From assembly GCA_951406725.2 (NCBI GenBank), contig OX597817.1, positions 28,458,001 to 28,522,000 on the forward strand: DNA of 64,000 nt. Direction: 5' to 3'. This DNA is from Octopus vulgaris (taxonomy: Eukaryota). The notes beneath the pieces were generated by a model that was not told the origin of the DNA, did no database searches, and saw nothing but the letters and a program-made list of their open reading frames with translations. Positions 36,236 to 49,844 of this stretch are shown piece after piece (position 1 is the stretch's first letter; each line of letters starts with the position of its first letter). Made by a program: the position numbers and the translations under genes.

Positions 36236-36845
36236 CTTTCAAATTTTCAGAAATTGTTAATATTTTTGAAAATCAAGTTGCTAGTACCTGCAGACTGTTC
36301 ACTTGTCTTATTGTTTAATATAATAGTTCTGCTGCAGCAAAGTGAATCAGTGAGTTTGTGATGATAATTTCATCCAGTATTTTATCCTCATCTTTTCAGA
36401 TAACCTGTTGTTAAATGATAAACCTATATATTGTAAGCTTGACTGCTGCTGCTTCACATGCTTATGTGGCTCAGCTGGGATTTGTTGAGGCAGTTTTCTG
36501 GGGTTCAATGCCCCTTTCTGTTGTCAACCCCTACCTGTCTTCAACAAATTAACTTTGTTTCTCCTAGTTCCAGGGTCTATAATAAGAGTAATTTGTCTAA
36601 GGTACCACATAGTGGGGTTAAGCTTGAAACTGTGTGGTTGTGAACTTCTTAACCATAAAGCTATACTTGCAACTATTCACACTCTATTTACACTGTGACA
36701 GTGAAATAGCTACCAGCTGTTTCTCATATTTCTGGTAAAGGGATTAGCATACTAAATCATTAATTCAAAAGGCTTGAGTTAATCTCTGCTCTAAACTTGG
36801 CATTAAGTTGGGCTTATTTCATTTTTTGATATTTATATTCATTAA

Positions 36846-37032
36846 GGCCATGAACTGGCAGAAGAGTTATCATGCTGGACAAAATGCTTAGTAGTATATC
36901 ATTCGTCTTTACATTCCAAGTTCAAATTCTGCCAAAGTTGGCTTTGCCTTTCATTGTTCAGGGTTGATAAAATAAGTACCAGTTGAGCACTTATCTCACA
37001 AAACTGATGGCTTTGTGCTAAAATTTGAAACT
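36846..37032 (+). mobile_element. Family D (Deu/Nin) SINE
   Basis: GGCCATGAACTGGCAGAAG head, AGTTCAAATTC B box, CTTTGCCTTTCATTGTTCAGGGTTGATAAAATAAGTACCAGTTGAGCAC. Confidence 0.8.
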
Positions 37033-38447
37033 AGTATTTTTATTCATTTTATTTTAGTAAGTAGAAGCTAAAGCAACTCGCATTTCTTATTTGAGTATAG
37101 ATAGGAAGTGTTTTAAACTGTAGCAGATATGCTGCAACTATTCAAATTTGAGAAATTAGCCACCTCATACTATAATGGTGAAGCAAATAGAACAATTTTT
37201 TCAGAAGAATTCTTTTGTTGACAAGTTTAATGTTGAACTACTGGATATCTTAGATTGTGCTAACTCATTTATCATCAAGTGTGTCTAGAAATTATGTTGA
37301 AGCTGATTAAATTGCAGCAAATAAAGAAATGTGCATTACTTTACAGTATTAAATTCTTGTGATACAAGCTGATAGAGCTGCCAATAAATACTTTTAAAAT
37401 TGTCCTCTAATATTATACAATAACACTTTTCCCATGTATGGAAAATAGTTAAATGTTTAAATCTTACAAGGATTGAACTTGTAATTTTTAAGCTACTACA
37501 TGTTGGTTTACAGACTAAATTTCCTTGAAACCAAATTCTGACATGTGAATTTTTTCAAATGAAATTGACAAATGGCTCAATGTTGTATGAATGACCTGGA
37601 AAGGAAATCATTTCATCAGAAGAAAATTAAAATATTTAAAATAAAGTGGTTCTATTTGAATACAGGTGTTTATCTGCAAGTGTTAAGAAATTTATAGCAA
37701 TCTAGAATAGTGAAATTAGATGCATCATATAGAAGAGTTTTAGGTTCTGTTGCTTAAGATATCTTAGATACACTCTCTTAACAAAATAATGCAAATGTCT
37801 GAAAATTGAAAGTATATATGTCAATATCAACTACTACAATCTTCTAATTATTTTCTCAAGTTTATCTTGATAATAGAATCAAATTTTCTTTTTCATCTTT
37901 AGTAATCATTTTCACTGTTGGCTATTTTGCTAATTGTGACCAAAATTACTGAAGTTATGTCTCAAAGAATGATAATATAATAAATTCAGGGCTAATTTTT
38001 AACACTTACTTTTGTAAAGGGGTAAAAATATATCAGATTGTATTTTATATATATTCACACACACATGCATACACGCATACACTCACTCACTCACATATTG
38101 TATATATATAGGAACAAATCAATTATATTTGTGCTATTGTAAACATGACTGCTCTATTCCTCCCCTTTTCATTAAAGTTTTCGCATATTATTAGCTAGTC
38201 CTTTAAGTTTCATTTTAAACCATTTCAGAAGTCAAATCTTTTAATGTTGTCTTAGAGGTTATTATTACTGTTTTGAATGCAAGAAGAACTCTGTGTAATT
38301 TCTCGTCATTGTCATTATATTTAAAATTTTGTAGCCTTGGTTTACTTTCATAATGCAGAAAATTGGATAGCTCTTGATTTATTTTTTACTGGCTGTGCTA
38401 CTATTTATGTGAAGAATTTTCATGTTTTGCAGTTCTCTCTTTTTTTT

Positions 38448-38841
38448 CTCTTTTACTTGTTTCAGTCATTTGACTGCGGCCATGCTGGAGCACCGCCTTT
38501 AGTCGAGCAAATCGACCCCGGGACTTATTCTTTGTAAGCCCAGTACTTATTCTATCGGTCTCTTTTGCCGAACCACTAAGTGACGACGTAAACACACCAG
38601 CATTGGTTGTCAAGCAATGCTAGGGGGACAAACACAGACACACAAACATACACACATACATATATATATATATACATATATACGACAGGCTTCTTTCAAT
38701 TTCCATCTACCAAATCCACTCACAAGGCATTGGTCGGCCCGAGGCTATAGTAGAAGACACTTGCCCAAGATGCCACGCAGTGGGACTGAACCCGGAACCA
38801 TGTAGTTGGTAAGCTACTTACCACACAGCCACTCCTGTGCC
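38448..38841 (-). mobile_element. Family A SINE, full length, young
   Basis: Reverse complement of 9525-9958 over its full length; ends CCACACAGCCACTCCTGTGCC. Confidence 0.92.
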
Positions 38842-40133
38842 TATAATTTTCCAATAATTTATATTAATAATATCTTTCTTGCTTTCTTTTCTCTCTCCTC
38901 ACTTATTCTTTCCTTTCTTGCTTCTTTGTCTCTCTTCTCTCCTCTTACTCTCCTGAATGTCCTCGCTTCCATTCCTATCAGTCCATGCCAACTTCATTTT
39001 TATGCTAAACCTGAAATTATAGGAAGACATGTTGGTATAGTAACTAATCCTTTTCTTGTGTCTCTAATTACTTTTTCTTCTCTTTGATAAAAGGTATAAT
39101 TTGAAATGTTAAACCCTCATTTCAGGCGTTTTGTAACAGATTGTCATAAGTGCCATAACTTAAAAACTGAGAAAAACTGTCAATGCTTTGCAACATTCAG
39201 AAAGCAATATCTCAACAAGGAATGAAGTTACGAAGCTAGTTTTGGTCTTAAAATGAGTGTGAAGACTTCGTCTAATCATTCCACCTATCACAAATTATCT
39301 ATTTGCGTATGCATCTGAAAGATGAAACAATGACTGCATCTTTCTCATTTTGCAGAATATACTGGTACTACAAAATGGCGTATCACATTGCATATTTTAG
39401 CCATAATACCTAGAAAAACATACAGAGACTCCCCAAAGGTATTGTTTGTGTTTCAATATACCAAGTTAAGTATCTTTAAGAGGTAAGACAAGATAGTAAG
39501 ATAATAGCTTATTATCATTATGATGGTAACGAGGAATATTAGAAAATGAGCCATAACACCTTGGAAAATGATACAGGGACCACACCAATGTCATTAATTG
39601 TGTGTGCTTACGATGGTGTGTTAGTAAACTCTCTAGTCTGAGTTTGGGTGAGCAAGCATCGTGTCAATAGCGTCGAGGTACAATTTTTTTCTGTTGGATT
39701 TTCAACCTTATTGCAAGCCTCACCAGTTCTTCCTCCCAACGTTTTTGGATTCTAGACATCCAGACAAAGAAAATGATATACTAACCTCGAAAATGGCTGG
39801 GGTGGCACTTACGACACTGTTACTAAAGGCCTCATTTATTCTATTCCTTAGTGTATTTATTTTCACTAGCAGAACCCATGAATATTTCATTGAATTAATG
39901 GGAAATTTATTGGGTTATTTCTGAAATATTCATCCTATCAAAGCATCGCTGTTCTTTGACTAAAGGTGTTTTCATGTTGGGCTGAAAATCCATTTTGGAT
40001 GAATGCACAAGGGCAAAACTGCTATGAGTGATTTTTTAAAAGAATATTGTTACATTTGTTACTAAAATTTGACGAAGTCTGAGGGTCCATAGTAAGTGAT
40101 TATGTGTGTGTGTGATATATATATATATATATA

Positions 40134-40356
40134 TTTTCAACATGTGACCTCGTGAGCACCGCCAGCAATTTTTTTTCCTCTGTCTTCCCTTCTCGGGATC
40201 TTTCCTTCTCGGGATCTTTCCTTCTCCTTTGTTTCCAACGAAGAGCTCCGCTCGAAACATTAAACCCTCCTTCCCTTCTTTCCTGAGCATCCAATAATAC
40301 TTTATTTGTTCCACGTCCTCACGTTGCTGTGTTTTTTTGTGTTTTCTTGTTTGGAT

Positions 40357-40361
<5 letters not shown>
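40134..40361 (+). mobile_element. Short Penelope-LTR-like element with a decayed minimal hammerhead
   Basis: GTTT-CCAACGA-A-GAGC-TCC-GCTC-GAAAC-ATT-AAAC at 40231-40265 fits the PLE minimal type I hammerhead layout with core mutations. Internal 16-bp tandem duplication (CCTTCTCGGGATCTTT). (TA)n on both flanks. Confidence 0.65.
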
Positions 40362-40391
<30 letters not shown>

Positions 40392-40990
40392 GAATATATT
40401 ATATATTTGTGTATGTTTATATTTATATCTGTATTTATATGAATGTGTATGTTTGAATGTATACTTTATAATTTGACTCATATCCATATCTCTTAAGGTT
40501 TCATGGTTAGGACACTAGCATCTCATCAGATATTCTGTCTTCAAACATCTGATATTAAGAAAAAGTTTTATACCTATGAGACCTTGTGGAATGAGCAACT
40601 GAGTCAAACTTATTGAATGAATATAACTCCAACCAAATATGTCAAGTGCTACTTTAATTTGTTCACTTGTGTGTGTGTTTGTGTAGTAATATATTAGTTA
40701 GTTACATTCTTCAATCATGTTCTTTTTACTTCTGATATCTGGTTCTGTTTCCTTCTTGTTTGCATTTGAAGTAAATATCCATGCAAGACACACATTTCTT
40801 TGAAATTAACTATTACTTTGAGCAGTTTAAACAGAGATAACTAACATATTTTTGAAGGAGAATAATTTAAGTCTATGCATACAAAGACTATGGAACTGTT
40901 GCTTTAACTAATAACCTGATAGCCAGCTTGTAGGAATACTGTAACGTATGTTGCCTATAATACAAACTACTATTTTGGTAAATATTTTGG

Positions 40991-41002
<12 letters not shown>

Positions 41003-41036
<34 letters not shown>
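41003..41036. repeat. (CA)n microsatellite
   Basis: Directly visible. Confidence 0.95.
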
Positions 41037-41041
<5 letters not shown>

Positions 41042-41475
41042 TATATGCTTTTCTTGTTTACCAATAATTAGCTCTGAAAACACTGTATGGAAATGTCAAG
41101 TTTATATTTGGATTATATAGAGATATTAATTGGCAAAATAATTTTTAATGTTTCTACTTGTTTGCATATTTTTGAAATTTCCTTTGGAGATGTGGGAGAA
41201 GTATTTCCTTAATCATTGTATTTTTTACCCAATTTTTGCTTGTAACAACAAATAGTATAACAAGTAAAAGAATAAAAAATTGTATAATCAGTATAATGAC
41301 TGATTTTAATTTTTTTTTATCTCTTATCCTCAACATTTCATGTATTATCTATGTTACTTGATAAATACCTATTTTGCTGTTATTTGAAATATCAAATGAC
41401 ATTATGCTTATTTTATCTGTTGATGATAATAGCAATAATGTTAATATGCAAAAACAGCATGAGTGTATTCACATG

Positions 41476-41516
<41 letters not shown>

Positions 41517-42438
41517 AACGGCTTTTGTATGGTGATGAGTGAATAATAGATTTCTGAAATGTTAAGAGTGAAACGAAATGGTTGTAAACATAGTTGTTTA
41601 TTTGAAAATTTTATCCTCTTTCATGAAAAAAAGGAATTATTACTTGTTCTTTCGACAAACATTCCTTAGATCCTTATATAATGTGACATTTATTTAACTA
41701 AATCTCTACTTAATGTCTCTCGTAAGACTTTTCTTTCTATTGCTATATTTATCAATGTGATCATTATTAGAAGTTCGAATATATATCTAATCATTTTTCA
41801 AAACAAATACAAAAAACCTACTTTGTGTTCTTTGTTTTTGGAGAAAAAAAAAAATCAAATTATTAAGTTAGAAAATATATAACCAGATTTAATTACACGT
41901 GGATTTTAGTGGAGGAAAAACTTGAACAATCATGTGGTCTAATTTTTGTTTTACATTTGATTTTGTTTAAGTATTGATTTCTGTGGCCATATTGGTCATT
42001 TTACTGTAGAATTTGGTTCAAACATAAGTAGCTTTGTTTCATGCAAAAATACGCATTGATTTTGTATTTAATGATGTTTAGAAGCTTTTGATTAGAGAAC
42101 TGAAATATTTTGGTCATCATTGAGGATGTTAATATCCATGAATTGTGGCTCATCACAAATTGTGGGTATAATATTGTTTTATCATCTACTGAAGAGATTA
42201 AAAATATAAGATAGTATTATTGAGAAAACAGTTTCGGGCAATGTTTTTTGTTAAAATTTACTGAGTGTATTAGTTCTTACCATTATTTTGGCCTTAGGCA
42301 TAGAGATTTTTAGTTATTTAATTATTTGAAAATTCATGTTTAAAAGTTTAATATATTTTTTTTAGAAAACCATTTTTAAAGGATCGTTCATCTATCTTTG
42401 TAAGGTATAAATTATTGTGCAGATATTATTGAAAATGA

Positions 42439-43010
42439 TATCATCATCATCATTTATTGCCCATTTTCCATGCTGGCATGGGTTGGATGGTTCAACTGGG
42501 AGTCTGGGAAGCCAGGAGGCTGCACCAAACTCCAGCCTGATCTGGCAGTGTCTCAACAGCTGGATGCCCTTCCTAACACCAACCACTCCAAGAGTGTAGT
42601 GGGTGCTTTTTACATGCCACTGTCACTGGGGCCAGAGGGGACTGGCATCGACCACATTTAGATGATGCTTTTACATGCCACCAGCACAGAAGTCAGAGGG
42701 GCTGGCATTGGCCACATTTGAATGGTGCTTTTACATGTCACTGGCACAAGAGCCAGTGAAGGTAGTGCTGGCATCAGCCACATTTGGATGGTGCTTTTTA
42801 CATGCCACTGGCACAGGAGCCGTTCGGGGCAAGGGGGCTGGCATTGACCATGTTTGGATGGTGCTTTCTTTGTATCACCAACACAGGGAGCCAGACAGTA
42901 GGCGCTGGCATCAGTCACAACTACAATTTCCATTTGATTGTGGTGTGATTTGATTTTGATGTTGATGTTCTTGAATCAATAGGTCTCCTCAAGCACTACA
43001 TATCACCCTA
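42439..43010 (-). mobile_element. Older RTE-tail retroposon with a five-core internal tandem array
   Basis: (CAT)n tail, GGATGCCCTTCCTAACACCAACCAC, cores at 42602, 42664, 42724, 42790 and 42860. CpGs largely converted to CA/TG. Confidence 0.85.
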
Positions 43011-43149
43011 CAATCGAAAGGTACTTTTTGATATCTATAAACTAATAGTAAGACTAAAGCAGTAAAGTTATATTTTAGAATCTTCTGTAAAGCTCTCACT
43101 TACTTATGGAGAATCCAGTGTGGGCATTAATTTATGTGAGAATGAAGAT

Positions 43150-43355
43150 ATGGAAGCTGCTACATGGTTACTCAACATGCTAGAAAAAGCCAACGGATTC
43201 CCTTTAGACTATACCCAACTATCTTGATAAAGGTAGGACACATGTAATGTTGACATAGATATATTTTATGCATGAAAATGTGATGAGATAGTCATGACTG
43301 TTACATTTTTATCATAGCTCTGATTAGGGCTAATTTAATGGTAAATAGCAACAAC
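43150..43355 (+). mobile_element. Old dispersed repeat (SINE-like), degraded
   Basis: CTACATGGTTACTCAACATGCTAGAAA...TATACCCAACTATCTT...GTCATGACTG...GCAACAAC; reverse-complement match to the 12580-12800 motifs. Confidence 0.45.
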
Positions 43356-44183
43356 ATATAGTGAAGAGACAAGGTATTTTGTACTTCCACTCTCAAATCT
43401 CATAAAGAAATATTCTTGTTGGACAGGATTGAAAGTTAGATTAGACCTTGTATTTAGTGTTACTTTACATTCCTTTTTGCTTATGTAGCTTTTTGTTTCA
43501 TTCACTGTCTTTGCATAATTGATTTGCCTTTTTTGAGCTAACAACAGTATTCCTAATTTCTAAAGAAATTCTGAGGCTCTATTTAATTTGGTAACATTTT
43601 GTAATGTGGATGAGTTATGTGAATGTAGATAAAAATTTCCTTCTGCACCCACATAATTCTAGGCTTTCAGTATTGTTTAAATCAGCACTTGAAAGAGAAA
43701 GGGACTTTGTTTTGATAACTAATATTTTAAAAGAAGATATAACACTGTTTTGAAAATGTCATACCATACAAATATGAAGAAAATAACTATTCAGATGATA
43801 TTTAGGATATTTTCCTTTCACAAAATTGCAACTTAAATACTACTTTTTTCAAATCTTTGTGACTGCTTTATGGAGAGTGGGGGTTAATCATTTAAATTAA
43901 GCAAAATAAGATTAAATTTATATTTTCATCTATCAATATAATTCTTGCAGCATATGTGACCCAATTCCATTAATAATTAATGAGTAATTTTGTAGTTACA
44001 TTTTTAATCATTAATTTTGCTATGAATTAGTTTGCTTTATGCTTCTGAGATAAGTTGTAAAATCTTCCTTTCTAGCTCCTTACATACTGCTATGTTGCTA
44101 GAGATTAGAGACTGCATAGCAATAATTTCAAAAACTACGCTAACAAGAGAATATTTTACAGGCTTGTGAGTTCAGCAACCAAA

Positions 44184-44544
44184 GAAGCTTGAGAGGTGGT
44201 TACACTCACCTCCTTATGAGAGCTCAAAATCTCTCGTGGAAGCATCATCCAACAAAAGTACAAATATATGGGAAGCTACCACCTGTATCATCTCTTGTGA
44301 AAGGTAGAAGAGTCCAGTTTGCTGGACATTGTTGTAGAGCTGAGAACAAGGTAATTTCTGCTCTTCTCCTCTGGAAGCCATCTGCCCGCGATACCAGAGG
44401 GCGCACACTCTCCTACCCTGATGTAATCTCCAGGGATACAGGCATCCAGCAACAGGACCTCCGTAATGCTATGATGGACCATGAAGTCTGGCGTAACATA
44501 GTAAATTCCATTGCCTCAACCACGGTCGAACAATGATGATGATG
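44184..44544 (+). mobile_element. 5'-truncated RTE LINE with 10-bp TSD
   Basis: YTHLLMRAQNLSWKHHPTK..IYGKLPPVS..RRVQFAGHCCR..LLLWKP..RGRTLSYPDV..AMMDHEVWR, (TGA)n tail, TSD AGCAACCAAA at 44174-44183 and 44545-44554. Confidence 0.92.
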
Positions 44545-47318
44545 AGCAACCAAACCTCACCTCATTAGTTTTTCTCCTGCCTTAACTGAACAGCTACATT
44601 CTGAAAGCCTAGTATTACGATAGGTAGAACACAACTGAAAGGAATCAAAAGTAGGTGAAGACATACACACACTTGGACATGAACTCATCAATGCACAAAC
44701 GTGCATATTGAATATGTGGACATTTATATGTGCACATTCATGTAAATAAGTGAAGAAGTACTTAAGCATATAGACATACATATTGCTCATGCAAGCTTAT
44801 GGTAAAACACATATGCACAAGGCGACAAATATTTGCACACATCTGCATAAACATGCAGGCATATATGCATAAATACATTTATGAACTCACTTGTGCTTGG
44901 TTACAAAGAAGCATCTACATACAAATTTGATATGCTCACGTTATTGCATATTATAAAATTTACATAGTTTAATGTCATAAGAGAATGGTTATGAATGTTG
45001 TCTATATTCACCATATCTTTTTCTTGTGTTGAATAAGACAAATGGTATATTCTGATCAGCTGGTGAAAACAGACAATAAATAGCACTTTCCTATTGTGTG
45101 TTGCTCCCAAAGTATTTAAATATGTTACTATGTTACATAGTTTTGCTTGACTGGAGTTCTCAGTGATAAAAGGAAAATAAAATGAGTTTTGATTTTATAT
45201 CACAAAACATTTGTAAATATGAGTAATGTTTTATAGCAATCATTTCTTTCTCAGTCTACAAGATTGCTAGCACAAATAGAACACCAAACTACTTAAATAA
45301 AGTTAAATCAGATAATTACTTTTACTTCAGATAGGATCTATAGAAAAGAGATTTTATAGATATTAAAATTGGTGTGATAGCAGAGAGTGACATAGCTTTC
45401 TGTCCATGTTGCAGTATTCTGAACTATCTGAATACTTGTCTGTATCATGTATTAGTTTCAAGAATAAGATCTTACTTGCTTATGTCCTTTTAGTGATCAT
45501 ACCAAACTTTTGAGGTAAATAAAAGACATTCTGTTTATTTATCGTAGTGCTAAGAAAACGAGATTGGCTTAAGCAGGAGAGATGTGGATCTAATGTTGCA
45601 CTTTGAACTAGATTGTCCTGTGTTCATGAACAATTAAGCAGGTGTCTTCAGAAGCATGATCAAAATATTTCAAGTAATAAATAACAGAAAATCAGCAATG
45701 GTGGTTGGTATTCTGGTGATAAAAATCTTTTGGTCAGTTCACTTTGAGTTAAACATGCATATGTCTAGGTGTGAGACTGATCAAAATAGATGGCTAGAAA
45801 AGAGCAGTGAAATTCAATGATTTTAATTGAATTTAGGAAATATTTTATGTCAAACTGGGAAAATAATTGTCTTTTGGATGGTTGGAAATAATACTTCATT
45901 TCTGTCTGGAAAGTATTTGTGTGGATTGAATTTTAGACACAAAAAGAAGTAGCAACATTATTCAAACTTGTCTCTCAATCTGCCAAGTGATTTTAGATAG
46001 GAAGCAAACTTCAGTATATATATTTGAAGCCACTTTTAAAGTGACAATTTATTACACTCTGCTGTTACATGCTAGTGATTAAAACATTTTCTACCCTAAA
46101 GAACAGGATTCATTATGTTTGTTTTTTTAAATTTTAGTCTACATTTCATAGTATACCAAAGAAAAGTTCAGTTTTTACTCCTTGTATTAAACAGCTTGTT
46201 GAATTTTTACTTAGTGCAAATAATACTTTCTGAGATGATCTTCTTGTCCATTTGGCAAGTTAAGTCTCACTAACTCAGAATTAATTTCTATTAATAACCT
46301 TCCAGTTCTGTAAGTGTGAACTTTGAAAGGTATACAGTTGATAGTATGATAACCATTTTGAAATGTTAAAATTTGTAACAATTACTGTAATAGTAGCTCT
46401 AAATTTGAATGAACAGGATTTACAAACTGATCACTGTGTAATTTTATCAAGATTATGTAGTTTATAAAATCACAAAAGGAAAAGAAAGCATTCATTATGA
46501 AATTTAAGTTATTCCTTCAAAAAGAGGGGGAAATCCCTTTCAATTCAATTATTGTTTTTTGAAATATTTAAATTCATATTTGAAAAGAAAAAAATAATGA
46601 AATAATAGGAAGAATTATAAACTTCAGATAATAAATTTTACATAATAAATTCCAAACATTTGAAAATGAGAGGATCCAGAATAGAAATTAAAGAATAAAT
46701 TTTTTAAAAATCAATTACGTTTTATGGAAAGTAAAGAAGTAACAATAATAAGAATTTATTGCAATAAAAAAGTGAACTGTAAAGAAAAAGAAACAGAAAA
46801 CTTAAAATACAAAAACCAGAAAGCAGATCTTTGGATGTTAATACCATGCATAACTTCACTACTTTTCTTTCCTCTTTTGAGGAAAATGATAGAAATGAAA
46901 ATAAATTTTACTCTTTGATTCCATGTCAAATTGGCCAGTAGTGAGAGATATAGTGCTTAGAATGTTATTCAATTTCTAATTAACGTGGCAAAACTTTACA
47001 TTACAGCAATAATCATGCCAATGAGCCAATTTAGTTCTGTGAAGCATTTATTTTTATCTATGCATTCTTGAAAATTTTATTTTTATTTGTAGGTTATTTG
47101 TTTTTTTTTACATGGAGTTATTTTCATACTTTCTCATCATTTTCATATTATTGTTATGAATTTTTGCTTTTATTTTGCTCTCATTTCTTTAAACTATTTC
47201 AAACATTTTTTGTCATCTTTGTTTGAAGAAAGAAAGTGTAGCGGTATATACTCTTACAAATGTAATGGGAAAGTTTCAAGCTTGTAATTATGTGTGCATG
47301 TGTGTGAAAGAATGAGAA

Positions 47319-47322
<4 letters not shown>

Positions 47323-47352
<30 letters not shown>
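47323..47352. repeat. (GA)n microsatellite
   Basis: Directly visible. Confidence 0.95.
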
Positions 47353-47353
<1 letters not shown>

Positions 47354-47454
47354 ATATACATGGAGTGTAGCAGTCTTCCGTTTGGTTTATTCAGTAAATT
47401 AAATTATATTAAGTGTCACTATTATGGTTACAACTAATAATTATTGTTTCTAAC

Positions 47455-47612
47455 CGGGTACAATTCTACACACAACTGATTTCATTGTTTCTGGTACTTG
47501 ACAAATTCTTATTTTAGAGACTCAGATGAAAGAAAGGCAGAGTCAATCTTGATTGGATTTGAATGTAGAATGTAATGCAGTTTTATTCAGTGGTCAACCA
47601 ATTCTGATATCT
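47455..47612 (-). mobile_element. Old family D SINE fragment
   Basis: CTGGTACTT...GATGAAAGAAAGGCAGAGTCAATCTTGATTGGATTTGAATGTAGAATGTAA. Confidence 0.55.
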
Positions 47613-47617
47613 TCCCT

Positions 47618-47885
47618 ACTCTTTTACTCTTTTCAGTCATTTGACTGTGGCCATTCTGGAGCACCACCTTTAGTCGAGCAAATCGACCCCAGGACTTATT
47701 CTTTCTAAGCCTAGTATATATACGACAGGCTTTTTTCAGTTTCTGTCTACCAAATTCAGTCATAAGGCTTTGGCTGGCCCGAGGCTATAGTAGAAGACAC
47801 TTGCCCAAGGTGCCACGCAGTGGGACTGAACCCGGAACCGTGTGGTTTATAAACAAGCTACTTACCACAGAGCCACTCCTACGCC
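47618..47885 (-). mobile_element. Family A SINE with internal deletion
   Basis: Both ends intact, but AAGCCTAGTA joins directly to TATATACGACAGGC, dropping the ~130-bp segment present in 38448-38841. Confidence 0.9.
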
Positions 47886-49141
47886 TAATAATTTTTTAAT
47901 TTTCTGCAGGAGTGCTACATAATTAACAAATAATTAATGAATTATATAATATTGATATAATATTTATATATTGCAAATAAATGGCATAAAAATGTGGACT
48001 GCAACTAGTTAGTGATCAGTGTATCCAAGTGAGATTTATCACACTCAACAACCAGCAAATTCTTTCGTTGTCTCTCCTCTAACCCTATATGTGGAACTAT
48101 GAGATTAAAGTACACACCCATACCAATCTGCATGAAATATTCTAAATTATCTTTGTTGTTCCCACCCCACCAATACATAATGTGACTGGATGAAAAATAA
48201 TGTTTACCTAGTTGACAAACATTTACTCACTAGGATTCTATAACTATTAGTTCACTGTTGAACTACATTTTTCTATTTTATGCTCTTTGAAATTTGCTGG
48301 ATTTATGCTACCTTCATTTAAGCCTTCTGATTACTCTTTTCTATCCTTTTTAAATCATTTCCATACCTCTTAAGGAATATATATCTTTAAATCTCCAGAA
48401 ATGCATTTCTTTGACTATTTTGACTATCTCTTTATCTCTCTCCCTCTCCATCTTTCCTCTTAGTACTTCTCATTAAACAACTGTCAGAAATATTCACACT
48501 CGCCTTGTTCACTCATGTCTTCCAATCTGGAATAGTCTGGAAAGGCTATGGAAACCTCTATTCCTTTACATAGATAAATTGAAAAAAAAAAAAGAAAAAA
48601 AACAGGTTCTAGAACTCAATGCTGCTCATTAGAGACACTATTTGTAAATTACAGGCAGACATTTGATTGTTTTTATTCTCTATTCTCAGCTAGCCCTCAT
48701 AAAGCGTCAGTGAAGAAAAACTCAGGAGGAGCTGGATTTTTAGCATTTAGTATAATTTTTTGAGAAGTAAATCTGAATGACATTAGTTAAGACAAATCCA
48801 AATAACAAGCATTGACTGTCTTATATCTTGTATAATCTGGAAGATTTTCAGAAACTTTTACCAGATATTAGAGGTTACGACGAGATTCTAACTTGTCTTA
48901 AAATAATTAACATAGAGTTAAAACGAAATGATTTTTATCTGTAAATAGAAACTACAACTTAACTCACCTCTTCTCATGGCTGGTTGCTGATAGATTTTTC
49001 TGCTCTGTAAGGATTTTGTCCTATATATGCTGTTCTATCAGTATTTATGCTTTGAAAAATTATTTATGAGTTGAAAAATCTATCTTTCTATTTGTTCTGT
49101 GTTGTTTAGTTTAGTTTTTAAAATAACAAAATTTTTTGCGA

Positions 49142-49600
49142 CATCATCATCATTGACGTCGTTTAACATCCATTTTCCATGTTGGTATGGGTTTGATGGT
49201 TTGACATGGAGCTGGCCAGCTGGAATCTGTCCTGACTCCAAATTGTCTGTTGTGGCATGGTTTCTATGGCTGGATGCCCTTCCTAATGCCAATCACATAA
49301 CAGAGTGTGTTGGAAGTCCTTTATGTCCCACTGTCATGGATGCATTTACACAGCACCGGCACAGGTGCTTTTTATGTTGCACTGACACCTGAAAGGACAA
49401 GCCTGTATGTGTGGAAGACAGTGATTTTACTTAGTTTGATGTGTCTTACCAAGTACAACAAATCACTACATCTCTCAGTCCCTTGGCATTTCCTCAGTGA
49501 GGCCTATCATCCAGAGATCCTTTCTCACCACTTTGTCCCACGTCTTCCTGGGTCTACAGATCTACCCCTTCCATAGGTACCCTCCACAATTAGAGCTTAC
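49142..49600 (-). mobile_element. RTE LINE 3' end (ORF end plus 3' UTR)
   Basis: Minus strand VEGTYGRGR / PRKTWDKVVRKDL at 49500-49595, followed by a UTR carrying the TGGCATTAGGAAGGGCATCCAGC motif and (GAT)n tail. This links the RTE-tail repeats to an RTE ORF. Confidence 0.85.
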
Positions 49601-49844
49601 CTGATAGAATCAATATTTCCTGTCTTGAGATGCATTTGTTATACACCTAGTGACTATCTGAATGATTGATAGAAAAATATGAATTAGATTTATTGCACTT
49701 GTATTCTTTTACATATTTCTTTTGTTTCCTTAATTTTAACAGGGAAAAGTATCCAGCTAGAAATAGAATATTTGATATAAAAAAGAAAGATAGAAAGAGA
49801 AGAGAGGCTCAATGTCTTTATATTTTAATATGCTTTTATTCTTA

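Noticed and set aside
39080-40090. Possible DNA transposon containing exon-like splice signals (39356-39438)
   Set aside because: Terminal similarity (ACCCTCA...GTAAC) is too weak and there is no recognisable ORF.
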